DNA of 32,000 nucleotides from Fibrobacter succinogenes subsp. succinogenes S85 (GTDB lineage Bacteria; Fibrobacterota; Fibrobacteria; Fibrobacterales; Fibrobacteraceae): NCBI RefSeq assembly GCF_000146505.1, contig NC_017448.1, positions 3,630,001 to 3,662,000 of the forward strand, read 5' to 3'. Shown piece by piece: positions 22,497 to 30,475 of this stretch (position 1 is its first letter; each line of letters starts with the position of its first letter). The notes under the pieces were generated by a model. It saw only the letters and a program-made list of their open reading frames with translations, ran no database searches and was not told where the DNA came from. The position numbers and the translations under genes were made by a program.

Positions 22497-24239
22497 GTGA
22501 ATAAGAAATATTTAATATCCGTTATTGTATTTTCTGTCCTTTTGCTGGTCCCGTTTGGCGTGCAGGCGGTTGCCGACTTGCGTGGCGAAAAGCGCTTCCA
22601 GCCGTTTGACATTTTCAAGGACGTGGTTTACACTCCGATTGTGCGCGAGAAAAAGGTCGCTGCGGCTGCGGACTCGCTCGATGTGAAGTGGCGTGCGGCG
22701 CGTGAGGCTATTGCTGCGGGTGCTGAGGTGGCCGATGCTTTGGAACCTGTGACGTCTTCGCTTTCGGACTTGGAAGCGGCTGTGCTTTCGGTGAATACGT
22801 ATGCCGAACTCGATACATCTGAAACTCGATACAAGAGCCTCAAGTTGGCCGATACGCTCCTCTCGAAGCTGGAGGATGAACCGGAATCGTTCCCGCAGGC
22901 GGATTCTTGCATCAAGTCGCTCGTGGCTGACCTTGGGCATGTGTCGCTGTGGCGTGCTTTCTTGGACGTGAAGCATTACGGCGTGTGGACGAGCCGCTAT
23001 TTGCGTGCTTTCGAAAATAAGATTGATGACGAGAGCGCTATTGTGTTGGCTCTGCGTCCCAAGTACCAACTTGCAGTGTGGAACCTCTTTAGCGATCCGG
23101 GCGAGAAGGTCGTTCTCGGCGCTGCTGGCAATTGCATCGGCAAGTCGTGTGGCAGGGAAGGGTCCAAGCCCGAAGACAAGTGGCTTTTCTACCGCCAGGA
23201 TGTGGAATTTCTGGTGCAGCCGTCTCCGCTTGATGTGCGTAGTGCCAAGCTCGACAATCCAGTGAAAGCGATTGAAAAGTTCCGCGACCAGCTCAAGGCG
23301 AAAGGCGTGGAACTCTTGGTGGTGATTACGCCGGGCAAACCGAGCATCTATACCGAACGTTTGACGGGGCGCGATTCTCGCGTTGCGGGTGCTGAAAATG
23401 TCGCCGGGCTCCAGTCGCACGGCAAGAAGATTTTGGATTCTCTCACGCGTGCTGGCTTTAACACGGTTGATTTGTACACGCCGCTTTTGGCCGCGAAGTC
23501 CCGCGATTCTGTTGATGGTGCGCTCTACCTGAACGACGATACGCACTGGACTCCGCGCGGTGCAGAACTTGCTGCCGACGTGATTGCAAAGAAAGTCCGC
23601 GAGATGGTGGATGCTGGATCTGTCAAATTCCGCGGAAAGGATACTGTGCGCTACGTTGCTTCTGATTCCATTGCAGACCGCATGGGTGACGTGGGTGAGA
23701 TGAGTGGGCTTAACAAGTTCAATGTGTTCAAGGTACAGAAGGTAATCGGTCATGTCGTGATGCAGCAGAATATCAAGATACGAGATGAGGAACTTCCGGA
23801 AGATACCGTTTGCATTGATTCTGCATATAAAGAATGTATGAATCGGAAAAAGGCTGATAAAAAGGATGGTAAAACGACGGATGTTTTGTGCCTTTTGACG
23901 AGCCAAACTGCTTGCGCGCTTAAAGCTGTGAAGTACGACACCACAATCACTCCTTTCAAGGATGATTTCCGCAAGTCCGAAATTTTGATTCTCGGTGACA
24001 GCTTCAGCCGTATTTACCAGACCGATTCGCCGGTGAACGCCGGATGGATTGCGCACTTTGCGAAGAACATGAACCGTCCGGTCGCTTCCATCGTGAGTGA
24101 CGGCGGCGCCTCAACGCTCGTCCGTGAAAAACTTGCCCGCAAGGCTAGCGTGCTCAAAGGCAAGAAACTCTTGATTTGGGAATTCGTCGAACGCGACCTC
24201 CGCTTCGGCGCCGAAGGCTGGAAAGATGTGGAATTTTAA
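22497..24239 (+). CDS. Exported AlgX/AlgJ-like SGNH-fold protein (putative polysaccharide O-acetylation or esterase component)
   Basis: GTG start, signal/anchor MNKKYLISVIVFSVLLLVPFGVQAVA. LNDDTHWTPRGAELAADVIAKKV (the DTHW motif of AlgJ/AlgX-type proteins) and ILGDSFSRIY. The 514-aa antisense ORF is rejected. Confidence 0.7.
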   Translation: MNKKYLISVIVFSVLLLVPFGVQAVADLRGEKRFQPFDIFKDVVYTPIVREKKVAAAADSLDVKWRAAREAIAAGAEVADALEPVTSSLSDLEAAVLSVNTYAELDTSETRYKSLKLADTLLSKLEDEPESFPQADSCIKSLVADLGHVSLWRAFLDVKHYGVWTSRYLRAFENKIDDESAIVLALRPKYQLAVWNLFSDPGEKVVLGAAGNCIGKSCGREGSKPEDKWLFYRQDVEFLVQPSPLDVRSAKLDNPVKAIEKFRDQLKAKGVELLVVITPGKPSIYTERLTGRDSRVAGAENVAGLQSHGKKILDSLTRAGFNTVDLYTPLLAAKSRDSVDGALYLNDDTHWTPRGAELAADVIAKKVREMVDAGSVKFRGKDTVRYVASDSIADRMGDVGEMSGLNKFNVFKVQKVIGHVVMQQNIKIRDEELPEDTVCIDSAYKECMNRKKADKKDGKTTDVLCLLTSQTACALKAVKYDTTITPFKDDFRKSEILILGDSFSRIYQTDSPVNAGWIAHFAKNMNRPVASIVSDGGASTLVREKLARKASVLKGKKLLIWEFVERDLRFGAEGWKDVEF

Positions 24240-24288
24240 AAATCGGGCGTTGGGATTAAGATGTTGTTGAATATCGAATCTATGCTTT

Positions 24289-24327
24289 GTGTCATCCTGA
24301 GCGGAATGTAATGGAGTCGAAGGATCT
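24289..24327 (+). repeat. GTCAT...ATCT element, long form; left inverted repeat bracketing the GIY-YIG gene
   Basis: GTGTCATCCTGAGCGgaatgtaatggaGTCGAAGGATCT. It ends 12 nt before the GIY-YIG ATG. Confidence 0.8.
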
Positions 24328-24339
24328 ATAATTTTAAGT

Positions 24340-24630
24340 ATGCCAAATAGTTATTATACATATATGATGACAAATCAAAGTAATACAACTCTTTATGTAG
24401 GTGTTACAAATGATATAAGTCGCCGCGCTTTAGAGCATATTGAAGGTTGTGGAGCTACTTTTACTTCAAGATATAAGATTAATAAGTTGATTTACTTTGA
24501 ACGATATACGGAAATTACAGATGCAATAAAACGTGAAAAACAGTTGAAAGGCTGGCGACGAGAGAAAAAGGAGATCCTCATTATGCAGATGAATCCTTTA
24601 TGGAAGGATCTTTTGCAGGATGACTCTTAG
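24340..24630 (+). CDS. Small standalone GIY-YIG nuclease superfamily protein (COG2827/UPF0213-like)
   Basis: YYTYMMTNQSNTTLYVGVTNDISRRALEH...KLIYFERYTEITDAIKREKQLKGWRREKK: GIY/YVG motifs plus the conserved R, E and K-x-W-x-R-x-K tail. Confidence 0.85.
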   Translation: MPNSYYTYMMTNQSNTTLYVGVTNDISRRALEHIEGCGATFTSRYKINKLIYFERYTEITDAIKREKQLKGWRREKKEILIMQMNPLWKDLLQDDS

Positions 24631-24671
24631 ATTCTTCGACTACGGGCTACGCCCTTCGCTCAGAATGACAC
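24629..24671 (-). repeat. GTCAT...ATCT element, long form; right inverted repeat bracketing the GIY-YIG gene
   Basis: The minus strand reads GTGTCATTCTGAGCGaagggcgtagcccgtaGTCGAAGAATCT. It overlaps the GIY-YIG stop codon by 2 nt. The basal stem ATTCT/AGAAT vs ATCCT/AGGAT in the left copy is a compensatory pair change. Confidence 0.8.
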
Positions 24672-24724
24672 TGTTTGCTTCTTTTCTAATTATTAACTAT
24701 TGACCTTTAACTAGTGACTAAAAT

Positions 24725-24961
24725 ATGCCAAGACATGGAACCCCGACGCCGGGACAGGCGATCCTCGAAGGAATTGAATGGCTTAAAATCGACAAGCCGG
24801 AATTTGCACGTAGGGTAGGCGTTTCGGTTGAAATTTTGGACCAGCTGATTGCGGGTGAAATCAGCATCTCGACCGAGATGGCGAATGCGCTTGAATCCGT
24901 GACGGGTAGCCCCGCCGCCTACTGGAAAATGCTCGAACGCAAAAGCCGCGCCTCTCGATAA
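24725..24961 (+). CDS. higA: HigA/VapI-like XRE-family HTH antitoxin-like protein, no cognate toxin gene adjacent
   Basis: TPGQAILEGIEWLKIDKPEFARRVGVSVEILDQLIAGEISISTEMANALESVTGSPAAYWKMLE matches the HigA-type HTH layout. Confidence 0.65.
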   Translation: MPRHGTPTPGQAILEGIEWLKIDKPEFARRVGVSVEILDQLIAGEISISTEMANALESVTGSPAAYWKMLERKSRASR

Positions 24962-24966
24962 ATGGG

Positions 24967-24993
24967 AGATGCCCGCTCGGAGGCGGGCATGAC
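24967..24993 (-). repeat. GTCAT...ATCT hairpin element, short form (minus strand: GTCAT-GCCCGC-ctccga-GCGGGC-ATCT)
   Basis: Perfect stem. It begins 6 nt after the higA-like stop codon. Confidence 0.8.
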
Positions 24994-25039
24994 AAATTAG
25001 AGTAGTTTTGCCTGACTATATAATTATTATACTTGCGAT

Positions 25040-26368
25040 ATGAATATTAAAGATGCCGTTTCTTTTATGTGTGACCTCGCCAAGGGCGAAGCCGAACAGT
25101 TTGATGTCATCGCTTCTAACACCCATTCCGAAGGCTTGTCCGTCTTCCAAGGCCAGGTGCAGAATACCGAAATCTCGGATTCCGTAGGTCTCGGTGTCCG
25201 CGTCATCAAGGATGGCCGTCCGGGTTACGCGCATACAGAACGCCTCACCGACGAAGCCTTGCGCCAAACGCTCAAGGACGCTCTTTGCCACACGCAGTGG
25301 ACCGAAAAAATCGACATTACGCTCCCGCAGGCCGTTGAACTCCCGAAGGGCGAACCGAATTACAATCCGGCGCTTGAATCGCTCGACCTTGCGATGATGA
25401 AGGACTTCTGCATCGAGCTTGAAAAGGCGACTTTTGCAAAGTCCAAGGAAATCGAGAATATCCCGTATCTCGGTGGCGATATCGAAAAGGATTATTCCAT
25501 CGTTGCTAACAACACGGGACTTTTCTACGAAGCCCGCTCGAACTGCGCTTCTGCGGGTGCCGGTGCAGTCGCAAGCCGGGGTGGCGTCAAGAAGCTTGGC
25601 AACTTTGTCAAGAATGGCCGCGACTGGAACGAATTCTCTGTCGATGAAATTGCAAGCAAGACTGCCGAATATGCAACGGAACTTTTTGGCGCCCAGAAAA
25701 TCGAAAGCGGCAAGATTCCTGTGATTCTTTCGGAACGCATTTCCGCACGTTTCCTCGGTATGTACAGCCAGCCGTTCTTCGCCGAAACGATGCAGAAGGG
25801 CCAGTCCCGTCTCGACGGCAAGGAAGGCGAAAAAATTGCCAGTGACGTGTTCTCGTTGTGGAACGATCCGACAGGCGAAATGTTTGAACACAAGTTCTAT
25901 TTCGATTCTGAAGGTTGCCTCACGAAGCGCGTGAAGGTCGTCGAAAACGGCGTCTTCAATTCGGCGCTTTACAACCTTGAAACGGCTGCCAAGGCGGGCC
26001 GCGAAACGACAGGCAATGGCGCTCGCAGCTTCGGTAGCAAGATGTCCACGAGCTTCTACAACATGCTCGTGCCGCCTGGAAGCATGACGACCATGGAACT
26101 TTTGAAGCTCTTCCCGAAGTGCTTGCTCGTTGTACGCCTGGAAGGCAATTCCGGTTGCAATTCCGTGAGCGGTGAACTCAGCATCGGGGCGCACGGTTTC
26201 TGGTGCGAGAACGGGGCTATCAAACATCCGGTCGATGGCGTGACGCTCAGCGGCAATTACTTCGACATCATCAAGAACATCGTGGCGGTCGGCAACGAAT
26301 ACCGCGATCCGTTTGCAAGCTACAAAGTGCCTGCTCTCGCGGTAAGCGAACTCAGCGTTAGTGCATAA
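25040..26368 (+). CDS. pmbA: PmbA/TldD-family metalloprotease
   Basis: GLGVRVIKDGRPGYAHTERLTDEAL, C-terminal ...GELSIGAHGFWCENGAIKHPVDGVTLSGNYFDIIKNI. A size of 442 aa is typical of PmbA. The 473-aa antisense ORF is rejected. Confidence 0.85.
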   Translation: MNIKDAVSFMCDLAKGEAEQFDVIASNTHSEGLSVFQGQVQNTEISDSVGLGVRVIKDGRPGYAHTERLTDEALRQTLKDALCHTQWTEKIDITLPQAVELPKGEPNYNPALESLDLAMMKDFCIELEKATFAKSKEIENIPYLGGDIEKDYSIVANNTGLFYEARSNCASAGAGAVASRGGVKKLGNFVKNGRDWNEFSVDEIASKTAEYATELFGAQKIESGKIPVILSERISARFLGMYSQPFFAETMQKGQSRLDGKEGEKIASDVFSLWNDPTGEMFEHKFYFDSEGCLTKRVKVVENGVFNSALYNLETAAKAGRETTGNGARSFGSKMSTSFYNMLVPPGSMTTMELLKLFPKCLLVVRLEGNSGCNSVSGELSIGAHGFWCENGAIKHPVDGVTLSGNYFDIIKNIVAVGNEYRDPFASYKVPALAVSELSVSA

Positions 26369-26386
26369 TGTAAGCGCATCAGGAAA

Positions 26387-26436
26387 TGCTGCAAGGTCGA
26401 GAATCCGAAGGTGTCCGAATTCAGGCCCTTGCAGCA
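26387..26436. terminator. Long inverted repeat between convergent genes (10-bp arms TGCTGCAAGG / CCTTGCAGCA, 30-nt spacer); possible bidirectional terminator
   Basis: The arms are perfectly complementary. The right arm abuts the stop codon of the minus-strand gene. No clear T-tract. Confidence 0.4.
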
Positions 26437-26991
26437 CTATGTTTGAGGTGTGATTTTCTTGGCGCTTTCAATAAGGTCTTTGATGTTGCCGGCAACAATG
26501 CCGCTTGCTTTTAAAAGTGCTCTTAAAAAGCCTTCAATAGCGCCGCTTAAAGGATTGCTTTTTATTAAATAAATGTGGTCCTTGTTTTCGGAATCCACAA
26601 GGCCGTCAAGGACTTCTTGAACGGAATCTGTTATCGGTTCTTCATTCTCGGCTATAAAGCTTTTGTTGAATCCGTATTCGGCGGCGTGTTCGGCGTATAG
26701 GTCCAAAAGGGTTGCTGTGCGCCCGGTGTTCTGGTTTACAGACGCATCTCCGATTTTAAGGTCAATTTTTAGCTCCGATTTTAGGGAGGTGGCGTCGTTG
26801 AGGCCGTTTTCGGCGTTTGGAGCGATCAGTTCGGCTGTGGCAAGCTTCAGAAGCTTAATGATGGCCTCTTGCTTGAGGCTCACGTGGGAAACGTCCTTGT
26901 AAATGAGGGTCGTCGCCATCTGCACCAGGTCTGAATATGGATGCCCCTGTTTTGGCTTGTCGGCGCTTTCGGACCTGTTTTGCGGTTTCAT
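26437..26991 (-). CDS. Hypothetical protein (~184 aa), no recognisable motif
   Basis: Clean ORF with an ATG at 26991 (in-frame GTG at 26997). No signal peptide, predicted helical and acidic. The start is uncertain. Confidence 0.55.
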   Translation of the reverse strand: MKPQNRSESADKPKQGHPYSDLVQMATTLIYKDVSHVSLKQEAIIKLLKLATAELIAPNAENGLNDATSLKSELKIDLKIGDASVNQNTGRTATLLDLYAEHAAEYGFNKSFIAENEEPITDSVQEVLDGLVDSENKDHIYLIKSNPLSGAIEGFLRALLKASGIVAGNIKDLIESAKKITPQT

Positions 26992-27165
26992 GTACACTCT
27001 CTCTGTATTGTTTATTCTTGCGAATTGCAGAACAAAAATACATGTTTGGGGTGGGTTTACGCAATAGCCCGTTTGGGCTATATTGGGTATTAGAAATAAA
27101 GAAAAAAAGGCGAAAACCGTTAAATGCGGCCTTCACCTTTTTGTTAAACCTAATTTTGAGAAAAA

Positions 27166-27507
27166 TTAGTTGCAGCCTTCAAACTTGAGCGAGTTGATGA
27201 GCGTTGTACCCGAAATGGTGTAGGTGGCCATCTTGGAAGAACTCGGATCGTAGATGTAGGTTTCTTCGGAGGTCTTGTTCTTGCCGAGAACGACGACAGC
27301 TTCCAACTTTACCAAGTCACCGGGCTTGATTGCGCCCTTTGCATCGTTCTGCAAGTCAAAAGTTCTTTCTGCGGCGGCGCAAATGTCGTGATAACCATCC
27401 TGTTCAACTTCAAAAGAATGACCGGTTTCCATGCTGATGCACTGGATTCTGATGCGAGCCACGAAAGCGCCGGAGTTGTGAAGCCTGATATAGCGGATAC
27501 GTTCCAT
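27166..27507 (-). CDS. 113-aa protein resembling a standalone cholesterol-dependent-cytolysin domain 4 (Thiol_cytolys_C-like beta-sandwich)
   Basis: RBS ggaga 8 nt upstream of the ATG. The N-terminal IRLHNSGAFVARIRIQC resembles perfringolysin D4 LDHSGAYVAQFEVAW. The C-terminal YTISGTTLINS resembles VSIWGTTLYPGS, including the Thr-Leu pair. No undecapeptide and no signal peptide. Confidence 0.6.
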   Translation of the reverse strand: MERIRYIRLHNSGAFVARIRIQCISMETGHSFEVEQDGYHDICAAAERTFDLQNDAKGAIKPGDLVKLEAVVVLGKNKTSEETYIYDPSSSKMATYTISGTTLINSLKFEGCN

Positions 27508-27753
27508 ATTATTTATCTCCTATTAGAGTTTTTTTTGAGTGTTTGTTTTGACTTAAGAACTTCTTTGTTGCTTGTCCTTAAGTTCTGTTCTAAAGGTAGA
27601 ATCCGCTAGTATTATTTCGCAATAACCAGATAGGGCGTTTGTTTGTACTAATTTGTATGGTTATAAAATGTTAATTTGGTTGTTTATATGAGTTTATTTA
27701 GAATTAATTTAGTACTAATTTTGTGTTAAACTTGTATTAAATTAGTATTAATT

Positions 27754-29106
27754 CTATGTTAATACGGTATTATCCCTGAATACGTTTTGTACTGAATTCA
27801 TTATAAATTCTTTCTTCTGGGGTGGAACTCCCATCAGAAGTTGTTCAAGGTCGTTCCTGCAGAAAGAAGAGTGATATTCGTACAACTTTTTGATCTGCTT
27901 TGCGCTTTCTTCAAGCTCGCCTGTCTTGTTGCAGCAGGCTATCATTATAAGGCGTACGGCCATTGCGTTGGGTGTGTACAACAGAACTTGATTGGCCTGG
28001 TTCTTGCATTCGTCATATTTGCCTTGCAAAAACAGGATTAGAGACCTTGCGTGGTATACGGATGCTTTGTTTGCCGTCTCGGGGATCAGCCGCTCGCATT
28101 CTTCGATGAGCTTGAGTGCCTTATCTTCTTCTCCGGTAAGCAAGTAAATTTGTATTAGATCAACGCGGGCGGTGATGAAAAGGGGCGTTTCTTCAATAGT
28201 TTGTTTGAGGTAGGCTATGGCTTCGGCCTTGTTGCCGATAGTCGTGTTGTAGAACGCCATAATCATCTTTGAATAGATGGAATATGGGGCGTTGAACATC
28301 GCTTTACGGGCTAGCTCGCCAAGCAAAGCGCTGTTTTCTTGCCTGTCGCCCCAGTTTTCCAAAAAGGCGATGTAATAGGCCATTGAGAGAATGTAGACAA
28401 CTTGCTCGTTGTAGTAATCGTTTGAAGCAAGTGGCGAAAGCATTTTCTTGCTGATTTCAAAGGATTCCTTGTGGCGGTTTTCAAGCTTGACGTTACAGTA
28501 CATCGAGGCGTACCACCAATAGGGAATAGGACTATTGCGGTTGAACCTCATTTTCGCCGTAGCTAGGACCAGGCTTCGGAACAAGAGCATCGTTGCTTTT
28601 TGGGCTAACAAAATAATGTCTTCGTCGTTTACCTTGATTGAGGTTGTCCAAAGGAGTTCGTTTGATGCCCCTTGTCTGATGGAGACGAATAACGTGTCCT
28701 CGTTGTCGCGCGATGACGAAACGCTGATGATAAATCCAGGTACGAGCCCCTTTTCCGGAATGTCAATAATGCGGAATATGTGGTATTGATGGAATGATTC
28801 AACGACTGCCAAATAGAGTTCGTGTGCCTTGGGTGTTGCCGTGAGGTCGTTTTCTTTGTTGAAAACGATGATTAGGTCTTTCTTTATGTCGTCGATGTCA
28901 ACGTTTGGCTCTTCTTGCGTAGAAACCGCTTCAATTCTATTGGTGACTTCTAGAATTTTGTAAATGTTGGCGAGGTGTACCTTGACTGTATTAGCCGAAA
29001 TGCCCAAAGTTCTGCAAATTTCGGCGTTTGTAAGCCCCTTACGCAAGAGGGACAATATTTCTTTTTGACGAGGGGTCAGCTCTTGTTTCGTATTCTGCTC
29101 AAACAT
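27754..29106 (-). CDS. Transcriptional regulator with N-terminal LuxR/GerE-type HTH, a central unknown domain and C-terminal TPR repeats
   Basis: LTPRQKEILSLLRKGLTNAEICRTLGISANTVKVHLANIYKILEVTNRIEAV at residues ~10-60. The C-terminal third has TPR-like A/Y/L periodicity (EAIAYLKQTIE..., ALKLIEECERL..., YDECKNQANQVLLY). Confidence 0.8.
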   Translation of the reverse strand: MFEQNTKQELTPRQKEILSLLRKGLTNAEICRTLGISANTVKVHLANIYKILEVTNRIEAVSTQEEPNVDIDDIKKDLIIVFNKENDLTATPKAHELYLAVVESFHQYHIFRIIDIPEKGLVPGFIISVSSSRDNEDTLFVSIRQGASNELLWTTSIKVNDEDIILLAQKATMLLFRSLVLATAKMRFNRNSPIPYWWYASMYCNVKLENRHKESFEISKKMLSPLASNDYYNEQVVYILSMAYYIAFLENWGDRQENSALLGELARKAMFNAPYSIYSKMIMAFYNTTIGNKAEAIAYLKQTIEETPLFITARVDLIQIYLLTGEEDKALKLIEECERLIPETANKASVYHARSLILFLQGKYDECKNQANQVLLYTPNAMAVRLIMIACCNKTGELEESAKQIKKLYEYHSSFCRNDLEQLLMGVPPQKKEFIMNSVQNVFRDNTVLT

Positions 29107-29678
29107 GGGCCTAATTTAGTATAAATAGCCCATATATATGCTATGTAATTTAAAATTATCCTCTTTTTTTGCGGTTTTTGAGTAAAAAATGCCGTTTTTG
29201 GGATAATTTGTATGCTTTTTTAGAGTTGTTCTTACTGTTTTACCCCAAAAGTTGATTTTTTATCTAGTTGCCGTGCAAAATTAAGGGGTTCTTGGGTGGA
29301 TTTTTCTCTCGTTTGTTCTCAAATTTTTATGTAAGTTTTGTTAGTTTACATGGTTTCTATATTTTTACAAAATTTGTATCATCCCTGTATTCTGTTTTTT
29401 GACGAAAAATCCGAAAAAATGACTATTTGCTGAATTTACATGTTTATACAAACTTTGGGTGTTATGAACAACTGAATTATGGAAAAATTAATTTTACAAT
29501 CTACATTATGCAAAACTTATAATTATATTGCGGCCTTGGGTGTATGTGGTGCTTATAACCAGGAATAAGCATGTTAATACGTGCGAATAAAATATAAGGG
29601 ATGAAAGAAAATGCTTGAGGTGTATTGTATATTGGATTTATTCCATTCTCCCGAATGGTCGAGTAGGGAGGTGGTCTA

Positions 29679-30410
29679 ATGGAATACGCAAGAATAGTGG
29701 ATGTCTCTCTTTGCCACGAGTATTACAACGGTAGTTCTTGTGGTTTCAAAGTCGTCGCTTCTCCCGAAACTGCAGAAACCCTGAAAAGGGAAGAGGCTGT
29801 GTGCCGTATATACGATGGAAAAGTGCGTATTATGGCCCCGGCAAGTGCTTTTTTGCAAGAAACGACGCTTTTCTTTTATGTCAAGGCTTCGATCGCAGAA
29901 GTTTGGAACGTGACGAATTTTGACTGCATCGCCCATGATGAATTCCCTGTGGCCGTAGTATCTGAAGACAAGGCTTATTTTGACGGGCGTAAAAAGGACT
30001 CCATGCCGGAATTGCAGCGGATGTTTGGCGTGATTTTTGCGCTGGAACTCCATTTGACTCCCCGTAAAATGCTGACATGCACCGTAAAAGTTCCGACAAA
30101 GAAATTGAGGTGGTGCTATTGCGTCTCGGGTATTTATGCCGAACGGGACTTGCGGATAAACGATTCTCTGAAGGGCGATCATCCTGTACAGTTTGATTGC
30201 GTGGAAAAAACGCCGCGTGTTTCGCTTTACGTATCGCGAACGGAACTCCCGATTGTAAGCGGGGCGCCTCCACGCTTCCAGCTGATGGATTCTGCAACTT
30301 CAAAAGTGCTTGTAAAGGGCCTCCCGAATGCGAATGCAAAGTCTATCGCCAAGGCGAGCTTGGATGATGGCTCAAGGACTATAGTTGCGGAATGTTTCGT
30401 TAATCCGTGA
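29679..30410 (+). CDS. Hypothetical 243-aa protein, no signal peptide, no recognised motif
   Basis: Strong RBS gggaggtgg 4 nt upstream of the ATG. It is followed 60-66 nt later by the next gene on the same strand. It is preferred over the overlapping 168-aa minus-strand ORF. Confidence 0.65.
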   Translation: MEYARIVDVSLCHEYYNGSSCGFKVVASPETAETLKREEAVCRIYDGKVRIMAPASAFLQETTLFFYVKASIAEVWNVTNFDCIAHDEFPVAVVSEDKAYFDGRKKDSMPELQRMFGVIFALELHLTPRKMLTCTVKVPTKKLRWCYCVSGIYAERDLRINDSLKGDHPVQFDCVEKTPRVSLYVSRTELPIVSGAPPRFQLMDSATSKVLVKGLPNANAKSIAKASLDDGSRTIVAECFVNP

Positions 30411-30475
30411 TTTTATTTGAAATATGCTATATTTAGTATGTTCGTATTTTTAATAGGAGGGGTAATCCCGTGAAA

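Noticed and set aside
22512-24056. 514-aa minus-strand ORF opposite the AlgX-like gene
   Set aside because: It has no recognisable motifs, and its composition is that of an antisense frame. The plus frame has a signal peptide and DTHW/GDSF motifs.
24631-24724. Missing HigB toxin upstream of the HigA-like gene
   Set aside because: The 94-bp gap is filled by the hairpin element and has no ORF of toxin size on either strand, so no toxin is called.
25016-26437. 473-aa minus-strand ORF opposite pmbA
   Set aside because: The plus frame carries unmistakable PmbA/TldD motifs, and the minus frame is an antisense artefact.
29676-30182. 168-aa minus-strand ORF overlapping the 243-aa plus-strand ORF
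   Set aside because: The plus ORF is longer, has a strong RBS (gggaggtgg) at the ideal spacing, and is co-oriented with the downstream gene. The minus ORF has no RBS and would end in the long non-coding region.
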